Source: Zygnema circumcarinatum SAG 698-1b
Lineage: Eukaryota > Plantae > Zygnematophyceae
Reading direction: 5' to 3'
Length of the DNA stretch: 64,000 nucleotides
Assembly (NCBI GenBank): GCA_037447605.1
Contig: CM074814.1
Location: 372,001-436,000, forward strand
Part shown: piece by piece, positions 25,306 to 37,507 of the stretch
How positions within the stretch are numbered: the first letter of the stretch is position 1
Layout of the letters: every line of letters begins with the position of its first letter
Made by a program: the position numbers and the translations under genes
Notes under the pieces: model-generated
Seen by the model: only the letters and a program-made list of their open reading frames with translations
The model's database searches: none
What the model was told of the DNA's origin: nothing

Positions 25306-28300
25306 ATGGCTGTCCTTGGAGAGCGCAACGGAGCCATGGCTTCATCTCCTCCTGCGGGAGCTCGTCAGACTGTGGGGCGGTCCCCACTCATAGGCCCTCA
25401 GGGGCCGCCACATGGCCCTAATCATGCAAGGACCTCTCTCTCTTCTAACCCTAATCCTAGTCCTAACCCTAACGCTAACCCTAACCCTAATTCTCACCGC
25501 CATAAACACCCAAATCTTACCCCTCGTTGTAACTCCAACCCTAATTCTGCAGTGCAACAATTGCAAAGTCCCAATTCCCCGCCACTGCCTCCCCTTCCTC
25601 CCCCTCCTGCTCCCTCCCCAAAACTAACATCATCAACAGCCTCCACTCCTGCTGCATCTGCTGGGTACCTCTCTCCCCGAAACCCTAATTCCACCCCCCT
25701 CCCTCCCCCCCACTCCCCCTTCTCTCCCTCTCCCCCTCCCTCTCCCTCTCCCTCCGCCTCCCCCTCCCCTTCCCCCTCCTGCAGCAACAGCATCCATGCC
25801 CTTGCCACAACTCCTCCAACCTCTACCCAAATCCGAAGCCGACCTATTCACAGCAATGGCCATCCCCATCCCCATCCCCATCCCCTTCCCCTTCCCCTTC
25901 CCCTTCTTCCCCCCCATACACATGGCCCCCATGCTCATGCCCACGCCCCCGTTACACATGCCAATGTTCTCCATGCCCATGGCCATGCCCCCCATAGCCC
26001 CCATAGCCATGGATGTGTGAGCGGAGAGCCCCCTGAAGCCGTGGCCCGGTACAGGCTCATTCCTCCTCTGCAGATGAAGTGGCAGGGGCAGCAAGTCATA
26101 GGGCCGGGTCTGCGGAATCTCGGGAACACGTGCTACCTCAGCAGCGTGCTGCAGTGCCTAACTCATACACCTCCCTTCGGAAATTTCTGTCGAAATCAGC
26201 TGCATTCCAAGATATGTAAGTTGCTTCAGCCCTTCCAGACTCTCCCTCTCTCTCATTTTTTCTCATTCTTTCCTTTTTCTTTCACTTTCTTTCTCTTTCT
26301 CTCTCTCTGTTTTGATTTATCGATTGTGTAATGTTCGGTATTGTGATTTGCAGGCACGAAGCTCAACCCTGACAGTCCAGAAAATTGCCCCTTCTGCATC
26401 TTGGAGCTGCGAATCTGGAGGTCTCTGACTTCAAACATCGAGAAAGATGCTCCGCGGCAGATTTATTCGAAGCTAAAATTGATCGCCAAAAATTTCCGAG
26501 CAGGTCGACAGGAAGACGCCCACGAACTTCTCCGCCATGCCATCGAAGCCTGCAACAAGGCCTGCATAGAACTCGAGAAAATCATACTCGGAAAACGATG
26601 TCGACGTAACTGCGGCTGCAATTCCACAGAACCCTCCCTAAACCCACTGCAGGAAAACGGAAACTTCAACACATCTCATCCCAAACCTACCCCCAATCCC
26701 TCCAATTCCCCCATCCCTATCTGCAAACCAGACCAAACCCTAATCTACAACCCACCAGAGTGCGGAATCAAACCCCCCAATGGTCCCCAAATGGGGTGTA
26801 GCTGCGGGAGAGGTCCGGGAGGTAGGAGGGGGGGAGAGAGTGGTCCGGGAGAGGAGCCCCGTACAGTTGTGCAGGAGATATTTGGGGGCACACTCCAAAG
26901 TCAAGTGCAGTGCTTGGCCTGCCTCGCGGAGTCCAACAAGATCGATGCGATGATGGACCTCAGTCTCGACGTGCATCGTCTCTCCTCTTTAAAGGAGGCA
27001 CTCGCACGCTTCACGCAGCCGGAGATGCTGGAGGGAGACAACAAGTACCGCTGCGAGAGGTGAGGGAGGGGAGGGAGGGGGGGAGGGAGGGAGGAAGGGG
27101 GAGGGAGGGAGGGAGGGGAGGGAGGGGAGGGAGGGGAGGGAGGGGAGGGAGGGGAGGGAGGGGAGGAGGAGGAGGGAGGGAGGGAGGGAGGGAGGGAGGG
27201 AGGGAGGGGGGAGGGAGGGAGGAGGGAGGGGAGAGGGAGGGGAGGGAGGGAGGGGGGAGGGAGGGAGGAAGGGGGGGAGGGAGGGAGGGAGGGGAGGGAG
27301 GAGGGAGGGAGGGAGGGGAGGGAGGGGAGGGAGGGGAGGGAGGGGAGGGAGGGGGAGGGAGGGAGGGAGGGAGGGAGGGAGGAGGGGAGGGAGGAGGGAT
27401 GGAGGGAGGCAGAGGGAGGGAGGAGGGGAGGGAGGGGAGGGAGGAGGGAGGGGAGGGAGGGAGGGAGGGGAGGGAGGGAGGGAGGGAGGGAGGGAGGAGG
27501 GGAGGGAGGGAGGGGAGGGAGGGGGAGGGAGGGAGGGAGGGAGGGAGGGGAGGGAGGGGAGGGAGGGGAGGGAGGGGAGGGAGGGGAGGGAGGGGAGGGA
27601 GGGGAGGAGGAGGGAGGGGAGGGAGGGAGGAGGGGAGGGAGGGGAGGGAGGGGGAGGGAGGGAGGGGAGGGAGGGAGGGAGAGGGAGGGAGGGAGGGAGG
27701 GAGGGGAGGGAGGGAGGAGGGGAGGAGGGAGGGAGGGGGGTGGAGGAGGGAGTGAGGGAAAGGGAGAGGGGGAGGGAGGGAGGAGGGAGCGGGGGGAGGG
27801 GAGGGAGGGTTGGAGGGGTGTGGAAGGGGGGAGAGTGGGAGAGAGTGAGTGAGGTGTAGTGGGGGAAAAAAGGGGACATGGAGGGAAAGAGTTTGGAGGG
27901 GGAAGGAGAGAGGGGGGAGCGGGGATGGGAGAGTGGTAGGGGTCTTGGAGGGAGAGAGAGGGGGGGGGAAAGGGGAAGGTGACTCAGGGAAGAGTGGAGG
28001 GGGAAAGATAGTGGTTCATGTGTTCGTTGTTGGACCCTATTGAAGGACTTAATATGTTATTTTTCCGTTCTGTGCAACAGATGTAAACGTCTTTGCAGCG
28101 CTCGCAAAGCAATGTCCATTCAGCAAGCTCCAAATGTACTTGTAATTCAATTTAAAGTAAGTTTATTTTCCCTTCTGATCCCGCTCTTTTACTCTCTCTT
28201 TTCTTTTCACTGTCTCTCCATTCCTTACTGTCTTTTCAAACTGTTTGTTTCCCTTCTCTGCAGTCCGTCCTTTTCGAGAAAAGCTGTGATATGTCTCCCT

Positions 28301-31300
28301 GTACTTCGTTCAGCTCAGTTTTCAGTTTGTTGTTTACTGACAGTTCATTTTGTTGCTTGTCTTTTTTTCTTATTTCAGAGATTTGAGAACATTCTTGGAG
28401 GGAAAATTGATCGACACATTCGGTTTGACACAACTGTTTCACTTGCAGAGCATATGAGTGCCGGATCAAAGGTACATTTCTGAAACAAATAAAATCTAGA
28501 CTTTAATCATGAATTGTATATAATAATATTCCACACATATTGAGGTACTTAAAGTCTCCTTTTCCTTGTTTTTTACGGTAGCTAAAATACACATTTTTCC
28601 CCCTTTTTTTTTGAGGCTGCAGGATCCGAGACCTAAGTATGATTTATATGGAGTTTTAGTACATTCAGGATATTCGCAAGAATCTGGGCATTACTACGCA
28701 TATGTGAAGGTGAGTTGCCCAATTTCCGAGAGAGGGGGAGAGAGGGGGGGGGGGGGGAAGAGGAGAGGCAGAGATACAGAAAGGGGGAGATGGGGAGGGG
28801 AGGGAGGTGGGGGGGGGGGGGGGGGAAGGGAGGAGGGGACGAGAGTGAGATAGATAGAGAGAGGGAGAGAGTCAGGGAGAGATGAGATATGGAATTTGTC
28901 TTCTCTATTTGCTACTGACATCATTCTTTCTCTCTCGTTTCTCCTCCCCCCCTCTCTCGCCCCCTCTCTCTCTCTCTTACTTTCTCTCCCTCTCTCTCAG
29001 GACTCGTCTGGAATGTGGTGGTGCTGCGACGATGCGAGTGTCTCCCAAGTATCTCTTGAGACAGTTTTGAGCGAAAAAGCATATATGCTTTTTTACTGCC
29101 GAGATTCCCCTCGACCCCAAATCATAACTTCCCAAATCACATCTTCTTCACAGCATCCCGATGCGCATATTCATTACCGAGTGAAGCATTCTGCCGCAAG
29201 TCTCTCTCCCTCTCACCCTCTACCTCTCCCTGTTCCTCTCCCTCCCTCCCTCCCTCCCTCTCTCCCTCCCATGAAGAGACCGCTCAGCTCAGCTGCATCG
29301 AACGAGGCAGGAACAGGAGTTTCCAGAAAGGTGGAAAATGGGATTGTGGTAGGAGCAGTGGGTTCTAAGCTAGAAAACGGAAATTGGTTGGCAGTCAACG
29401 GACATGGAAACCCTAAAAATTGTGGGCAAGCAGGAAAGGCAGGAGTGAAATTTGTTTTGGTGAAAGATAGGGCGCGAATTATTGGGCCGAAACCCCCTAC
29501 TAAGGAGGATGAAGGGAGGCAGAGAGTGGTGGAGGGAGGGAGGGAGAAGAAGGATGCGGGAGAGGGAGCTGAGGGAGAGAGGGGGGCGGAAGGGGAGGGA
29601 GAGAAGGCGGGAACAGGGAGGGATGTGGGTGCTGCTACTAGTGCTACTTCTGGGAAGGAGGAGATTTCTGCTAAGAGTGGGAGCTGCATAGTAAATTCAG
29701 TAGGGGAGTCATGTGTGGGAGAGGTGAGTGAGTTGGGTGAGAAGAGAGATCCTGCTGAAGGAGCGGGAGAGAGAGAGAGTGTTAGAGACAGTAGGAAGGA
29801 AGGAGAAGAGGCAGATGCAACAGCAGCAGTAGCAGGAACAGAAGCAGAAGCAGCAGCAGGTAGAGGAGAGGGGGGAGAGGGAGGAGGTAATGGAGGTGGG
29901 GGAGAGAGAGACGAAAGAGCTGGGGAAAGTAGAGGAGAGGGAGGGAGAGGGGGGGAAGGAGAGGGAGGAGGTAGTGAAGTAGTTGCACCGGGAGTGGGAG
30001 ACTCTCGAGAAAGGGCCTCTGTGCCTTTAGAAGAGCAAATTGATGCTGCTAAAACCACAGGGGAGGAAGCGGTTCTATGTGGAAATTTGACTGGAAATCG
30101 AACCGCACAGAACGGGGGAGAAAAACCTTCAAATGATTGCCGAGACTTTGAAGTTCAGAATACGACCAATGACAACACGGCTCAGTCTAGTAAACCGTCT
30201 CAACAAGTTGCTGATTTCCATGCGGAAAATGGTGCTATGTTAGAAAATAGGGAGAAGCCCAGTTCGGTAGACCGGCAGCAGGAAACCCCAATCCCTGCTA
30301 CATGTGCAGAATCCGCAAAATCCGTAATAACTGATACTGCAATGCATGGAGACTCGCCTTCAGTTACCGCTCCCACTCTCCCTCCTCCCCCTCAACTACC
30401 CCCCTCTCAACCCTCTCTCCCGCATGCAGAGGAATCCGTACCGGTTGCTGTGTCCGTCCCAATTCCAGTTTCAGTCTCAGTTTCTGTTCCAGTTTCAGTT
30501 GAGTCCCATTCACAGAACAACAGAATGCGGTCGCCTTCTTCCCCACATTCTCCCATCCCTTCTAGTCTTCACATGTCGACTCAGTTCAGTTCTCCTGTAA
30601 AATCTGCAACAGAAACGGTATCGACGCATGTAGACGAACCCCTTGAACAGAGAGCAGAAAAAAAGCCGAAACTGACAGGTGATTTTGAAGGGCAAGCAGA
30701 GCTACTTGACGGCTTCAAAAAAAGGTGATTTTTCTGCCTCAATTTAAGCCCAGAAACCCTAAATGGTCAAAATTCCACATTAGAACAATCGTTTGGAGTT
30801 GTGCAGTGGCAGTTGCAGTTGCTTGGTCCTTTCTGTCGCTGTCTCAGTTTCAGTTTTCACGAGGTTCTATGTGCTTTGTGGATTCCGCAGAGTATGTGAG
30901 GAGGCGAGAGAGTTCCTTTTGGAGTGTGGGTGGAGCGACGAAGTGAGGAAACGTGTGAGAGCGGTGAAGAGGAGGAGGAGGGAGGAGAAGGGAGAGCCTG
31001 CGGAAGGAGAGAGAAGGTGAGTGCTTTCAGGGAGAAACAACATCTCTCTTTCTCTCGCCGTCTCCCACTCCCTCTTCAATCCTAAAAACCTAAAAAGTCC
31101 CCCTCCCCCTCCCCCTCCCCCTCCCCCTTCCCCCATATCTATCATGCAGAATGAACTCTAAAAACTTTTAAAACCCTAAAAGCAAGGAAGCTAAGTTTTC
31201 TGTTTTCTTTCATGTTGTTCTTTGCAGAGAAATGTTTTTAGAGGAGGTACGGAGGACGGAGCGAGGGCACATCCGTACGGCCGTTCCGCAGAAAATCAAG

Positions 31301-31372
31301 GAACGTCTTTATCGGGAGCTGAATGATTTTTTTTCCACAAAGGGGAATTTTGGAGCCTCTCTGAAGCGCTGA
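25306..31372 (+). CDS. UBP25: Ubiquitin-specific protease (peptidase C19; UBP25/USP36-42-like) with C-terminal ENY2/Sus1-like domain
   Basis: Cys box GLRNLGNTCYLSSVLQCL; GRQEDAHE; zinc motifs (CLAC; YRCERC); His box VHSGYSQESGHYYAYVK...WWCCDD. Exons about 25306-26215, 26354-27059, 28081-28156, 28380-28471, 28623-28709, 29001-30724, 30891-31016, 31228-31372. Symbol assigned from recalled similarity. Confidence 0.9.
27061..27840. repeat. Long intronic (GGGA/GGA)n polypurine tract
   Basis: About 780 bp almost entirely G and A in USP intron 2. Confidence 0.9.
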
Positions 31373-32755
31373 TAAATAAATCCTCTGTACGGATTTCAGG
31401 TACGGAGATCGATTTGTATTCCCAACAAACCCTAAATTTTCTTGGAACTCTGAACCTCCTTAAAGTCATAAAAAAGTGTACGGAAACTGACTTAACCACA
31501 AAGTGAATGTTTGAGTCAGCATAAGGATAACCCCAAATATTAGAAAATATTAACATTATCAAGGGCAAAAACTAGGTTACTTTATGCGACCTGATTTCTT
31601 CTCTGTTTTCGCACTTGCAGGTGAATGAGGGCAGAAAGAAGAATTTTCTTCACCCTTATATTTTGACTTGAGAACTAACACCGCAGATTTGATGAGCTTC
31701 CATGTAGTAAACGAACCATTCCGTTCCGTTTTCCGTTTCTGTTTGTCACGTCACATATAACTGCAGTTGAGAGGTGTAGTTCGGAGGCTGGAGTTCATTG
31801 GTGAGCAGTTACAGGGGTACTTTCTTACACATTTTTTCTTTCTTTTTTTTTTCTTAAGCAATGAGAGAGAAATGCACAACCTGATAGAAAAAGTGGCTAA
31901 GCCGTTACCCCCCCTTCCTCTGTTTTTTTTTTTCTTCCCTTTTTTGGACAGAGAGTAGGCTGAAGTAGATGAAGTAAGCATTACGGAAAATCTGACGTTT
32001 GGTAGCGCTGGGATCTATCCTTCACATGTCATTTAGTTCAAAAAAATATGTCGCACGACGATGAGCATTGACGCAAGGCACCTCTGCTTGTCAGACTGCT
32101 TGCAAGACGAAGAAAGAAAGAGAGAGAGAGAAAAAAAAGGGAGAAATTGCACTATCATTTGTGACGAGATACATGTCTTTGTGGTTTGAAGATAGTTCTC
32201 TCTTCCACTCCCTTTCCACCCCCCTCCCCCTCCCCTTCCCCCTCCTTCCTTCTCTCTCTTCTGTCCTTTTTTCTCTCCCTCTCCCCCCCCCCTCTGTCTC
32301 CCTCGGCCTAACTCTCTCCCTCTCCCTCCCTCTCCTTTTGTCTCTCTTTCACCTTTGAACGAGCTCCAATCAGAAGCCTGAAACATACTGCAACATTCCA
32401 CAGACCAACTCGCACCATCCTTTCAATCACTCAAACGAGTGACTTATTTAAAGAAAGAAAGAATATTCTTACATTAATTAAATAAATAAATTGATTGAAA
32501 CATGCTGTTCCCCTGTCTATTTGTTACTCTCTCCCGTCGCAACTACCTTCAAAAAGAATAAAAAAATGTCTAGAGTCCTCTATCCCCATAAATTGCTAAG
32601 AAATTATAAAAGATTCGCTTATGTCTAAATTTACTGTACCTCCAAAGCTTTCCTACTCTATAATAATGTAGCGATTACAATACACGCTTCTCATAAATCA
32701 CTTCCGATATCTTCCAATTCTAATCCTGACCTAAATTTTAACCCTCAAGTTAACC

Positions 32756-34640
32756 CTAATTTCTCGCCAGCAGCTTGTAATCATGAAACTCCGCCGCCCT
32801 ATAATGTGCTTTATACACCGACTTAAACGCCAAAGTAGCCGCCATAACCGGCGGCTCAGCCATCCCAAAACTCGCCATCTGTTGGCTTAATGTGAGAACT
32901 GCGTGTCTCTGTATCCCAATACTCGACTTGGGGCACGACCTAAAGTTAGGAACACTACTGTATATGGGGGCCTGGTAGTTAGAAGCCCCATAGTCCCCAG
33001 CGGCTAAGTTATCAAAACCAGCTAAAGCCCCTGTGAGAGGGATGGTAGTAACTGGGTTCATATTGGGCACTGTTGTATAGTTGCTGCATTGCGCATAGTA
33101 GGGCAGATTCATGCCATTTCCATCCACTATGATGTATTGGAGTTGATTTCCGATGGGAAGACCACTGCAGTTTCCGGTGAAGGTAGCATCTGAGCCGAGA
33201 GTGTTGGGGGGGTTGCAGAGAAAGCCGTTGTATGATGTTTGCTGGCAGAACTTGTTTAAGTATGGGGCGAGCTGCAAGGCGAGAGAAAGAGAGAGAGAGA
33301 GGGGAGGGAGAGGGGGGAGGGAGAGGGGTGTGAGGAGGATAACGGGTGGTGGGGCGGGGGGGGGGGGGGGGGGGGNNNNNNNNNNGAGGGAGAGGGGATG
33401 AGAGAGAGAGCAGACACGAGAGAGTGGGGGGGAGAAAGGGGGTAGACGAAGAAGAGGGAGAGGAAGAGAGACCAGGAGGGAGAGGAAGCGTGAGGGGAGT
33501 TCGGAAGAGGAGAGGGAAGATAGGTGGAGGTTGAGGGGGTAGGAGAAGAATAGAGAAGAAGAGAAGAAGAAGGAGGGGAAGGAAACCCAAGGAGAGTGGC
33601 AGAGGGAGTACATTTTTGACTACGAGAGGGAGAACGAGAGGGCGAGAGGCAAAAGTTAGTCACCTGATTCCATGCAGGCGTGTTGTAGAACGTTTGGTAG
33701 TTCTGAATCCAGTAACTTCCGGGATCCTTCCGGCAGTTGTTGGCTGATGGGTTTTGGCAACTGAGAAGTCCTGCGGTCGCCGTCAAGTTGCGGACGATCA
33801 TGCTCGTCATGATGTTGCTGAAAACCAGAAAAAAATGCAATAATGTTTATGAGGGAGCTGCTCAGAAGAAGGCTGTTTAGAAAAAGAAAGAAAGGAAAAG
33901 GGGTTTGGAACGTACTCAATACTCTACCAAACTGATACTGTTACTATGTATTGTCTGTAAAGGGGAGAACAAAATGGAACTGTTTTTCAAGAAATATTGA
34001 AAAATGTGAACGAAGGAGTTGCTGGAACGTGAGAGGTGTACAAATGCGTACTATTTTCCGGTGTTAAACTTCACTCCATCGTGCGCATTTTCACAAATTC
34101 CGCCGTCGATGCGAACTCCGGTGGACCCATAGTCGAGGTATATGCAGTGAGCTCCCCCGCGGATCTGGTTGCAGGAGAGATAATTGCCTGAAAAAAAAAA
34201 AAAACGAGCGAATGAATATGCCTGCGTCGGTTATACTTGTTAATAACAACAGCAACAATAGTAACAAAATAAAAAAAGATAAGGTAAAAAAGTAAGCAGA
34301 AGAAGACATGTAGATAGATGATTTGGGCCCCTGCTCACCTGGGTTTACCCAATGGGTATCGAAGTAGATCCCCGCCCCGTCCCCCCAGTAGCTAACAAAG
34401 GGCTCCGTGTATATGAGGTTGTTGGTGATGGTGTTGAGCATGCAGTCCGCCACGTTGTGCACGTTCATGCCGCACTGGATGCCGTTCACTGAAAAATTGT
34501 GAATTTCGTTGTTTCGAATCGTCACGCCGACCGTCATGTAGTACATCAACACGCCGATCGAGTTGCCTGCGTAGGAAGGGAAGCGCGGTGATGTTAGAAA
34601 GCATTGGGAGAGGGCATGTGAGGGGAGAGTAAGCGTACGG

Positions 34641-34726
<86 letters not shown>

Positions 34727-36157
34727 AACAACACAGCATGTGTAGTGACTAAAGGTGAGGCAGGCCCACCAGAGATGTCGCTGTTGGAGAGCACGTTCCC
34801 CGAGCGAGTGAGGCCGGCGGGGTCCCCGCAGTAGAGGAAGCGCACGACCCCCGGGCAGGAGACCGCGCTCCCTCCCTGCAGGCCCGGCGCGAAGAGCGTC
34901 ATCGAGTCGATCTGCACCGCGGCGGACGCGCTCACGTCCGTACGGCCGTACACGGAGCCCTGCGCCATGGGTCATGCGTCGGGGCAGTCAGCATGGGGCC
35001 ATGGCGGCTTGGAAGGATGCATGCATGGAGCATGGGTCAAACCGTTCAACATGCATGCGTCATCATCATGAAGCCGTCATCATCATCATCAAGAATTCAT
35101 TCATTCATTCAATCATTCGAGGATCAGGCATTGAACCTGACGTGAATCGAACACGCAACCTTCTGATCTGGAGTCAGACGACATCATCATGAAGCCGCCA
35201 TAATCAACATCATCATCATGAAGCCACCACATCATCATCATCATCATCATCATCAACATCATCTTTCCAAGAACAAAGCTGAGAATCTGTAAAACTCACC
35301 GCCGACACTTTGATCCCATACGACCGCCATATGAAGAGAGCGGGGCAGGTGTTGCTGCCCGCGAAGTCGGGCAGCCCCTTGCAGGCCTGCGAGGTGTCAG
35401 TCGCCGCCATTCGAATCTTAATCCCATAAATAAACACATTATGGGTCCGCCAAATCATGACCGCCGGTCTGTCATCAAAGGGGTACATGAGGAGGAGGTC
35501 GGCGCCCGCGTTCAACGGCCGGATCGATGTACATGCCCACTCGGGACCGCTAATGTTTAACGGTTTGGTTAAACTGAGGCTGTTGGCGAGCAACATGTAG
35601 ACGGTTGTGGACGGAGCAATGTTGAGGCGAGCATAGAGATCCGCTTCAGTTACAACGGTCAGTAGAACGGGGGTCATGGAACAGTTCCCGGAGACGGTCG
35701 AGACGGAGGGGTCTTTGGGGACTCTCACGACGAGCTTCTCCTGTCTTTCGAGACGGGTTCCGTCTGAAAATAAATAGATTAGAAAAGAAAGAAAAAAAAA
35801 GAGAAATTGATGAGTTAGAAAATAGAAGAATCGATTTGGGGTTTCAGTTTACTTTTTTAACCCTGGATAGATTTTTTTTCGCGGGAATTTTTACCAAGTT
35901 TAAGTTTTAGAAAAGGTGAAGGTAAACACCTGCTAAGGCCGACGGGAGGGACAAGGAAAGGAGTGCGCCCACGAGGAGGCAGAGGACCTGAAAAAGCAAA
36001 AAAAAAAAAAAAAAAATTAAATCATTCACGGCAGAATATGTAGGGGTAAAATAGAATAGAAATTAGTTGCTTGTTTGGTACGAGGTCAAATTCATGCGGA
36101 GGGGAACAGGGAGGAAGGGAGGGAACGTACGGCCGAGAAGCGGCTTGACCGGCCCAT
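32756..36157 (-). CDS. Secreted right-handed parallel beta-helix protein, copy A2
   Basis: Signal peptide MGRSSRFSA|VLCLLVGALLSLSLPSALA split over two small exons (36131-36157, about 35930-35987), then six exons colinear with A1, e.g. GVTIRNNEIHNFSVNGIQCGMNVHNVADCMLN and YWGDGAGIYFDTHWVNP. Confidence 0.87.
35132..35180 (-). tRNA. 5'-truncated tRNA-Trp(CCA) pseudogene inside an intron of A2
   Basis: Reverse complement CGTCTGACTCCAGATCAGAAGGTTGCGTGTTCGATTCACGTCAGGTTCA has the anticodon arm (CCA), T arm (GTTCGA) and 3' acceptor strand of plant cytosolic tRNA-Trp. D arm and 5' acceptor strand are missing. Confidence 0.88.
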
Positions 36158-36457
36158 GGCTGTGCGGGAGAGTGCTGAGTGGGGGAGGGAGAGAGAGGGC
36201 GCGCTCAGCAGAGAGAGGGAGAGGGAGAGTGAGGGAGAGAGAGGGAGAGGGAGAGTGAGGGAGAGAGAGGGAGAGAGAGGGCGAGAGGGAGAGAGGGAGA
36301 GAGAGGGAGAGGGGGAAATTGTAAGAGAGAGTGAGAGTGAGCGAAAGAGAGAGGGAGAGAGAGGGAGAGAGGGAGAGTGAGAGTGACAGTCCAGGTGGCT
36401 CTGTTGCGACGGTCGCCTTTATGCCTCGCCATGATGGCGCTGGCGGCGATGCGCCGA

Positions 36458-37292
36458 TGTCGGTGGTGTCGGCGATGTCGGTGATGTCGGTGGCCCCCTG
36501 CGTGACGTGGCAAAAACTGAAAGGTAAAGTCTGGCAGTTCGCATGTGACGGGTGGCGCGATTTCCCGCGCGCCTAATACGACAAAAAGACGGCTGTTACT
36601 CCACCCGCCCAAGTAGCACCCCGTGATCTCCGGCGGGATATCCGGACCGACAAGCATCGTTTGTCGTATTATGATTTGCACATCAAAAACTGGTCAGAGA
36701 AGACCACGACAGATTCGGTCCCAGGATCTGGCGTTGAAGATTCGTCCAGACTGGCATCGCGATATCAGATTCGTCTTCATTGAAGCCTCCGAATAGTCGC
36801 CGAAAACATCGAATCCATTGAATATTACGTGTCACCGTCACAGCGCACCCACTTTCGACACGTGGATGAAAAATCTCGATGCCAGTTCAGTGACAGCTGT
36901 TAAGCGTCGCTTTCTGACATTGACAACTGGATCAAAGACTTTGGCCAGTTACGAACCCGACAGAGATCCGTGTCGGTTTGCGGACCGAAACGACCGATCG
37001 ATTGTCCGAGGAGTCATCCAAGTCAGCGAGTAAATCTAAAACGGTACGGCCAATCTGAGACAGCTCTGTACGGCCGGTACGAAAACGGTCAGTCCACAAA
37101 CCTCCACAGGTAACACCTCCGTCCATACTCGATTAGTCACGACATTCTAACCGTACAGATCCGAATCTCCCTCCCCCGCTAAACGCCAAAATGGTCAACC
37201 CCTCATTTCAACGGCCCCGTCACTTGGCCAACTGTTGACAGCCGCTGACCCCGTGCACGTGACGTCACACTTTTGTCCGATAACAACCGACA
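36458..37292. promoter_or_regulatory. Shared bidirectional promoter region of A2/B2, rich in TGTCGG
   Basis: Eight TGTCGG/CCGACA (36458, 36467, 36476, 36485, 36647, 36957, 36971, 37287); perfect 12-bp inverted repeat TAATACGACAAA (36574) / TTTGTCGTATTA (36660); TATA-like GTATATAA near 37403. Confidence 0.5.
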
Positions 37293-37507
37293 AACCGCCG
37301 CCGACGGCTGCCTTTAATGCTCACTCTCCCTGTGGCGGGCGGCCGCCCTGAACCCGGAAGCCTGATCGGCAAAACCCGCGCCCCCCCCCCCCCCTCCTTC
37401 AAAGTATATAAGTTCCGCCTCAAGCCCACAAGGGCCTAACAACAACTGCACCATCCTTGTCATGTGCTCTAGAAACCTCTGACATTGTCCTCCTCCTCGC
37501 GGCAGCC

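Noticed and set aside
36458-36490. Short periodic repeats considered as a CRISPR-like array
   Set aside because: Eukaryotic DNA, 9-nt period, no unique spacers and no cas genes.
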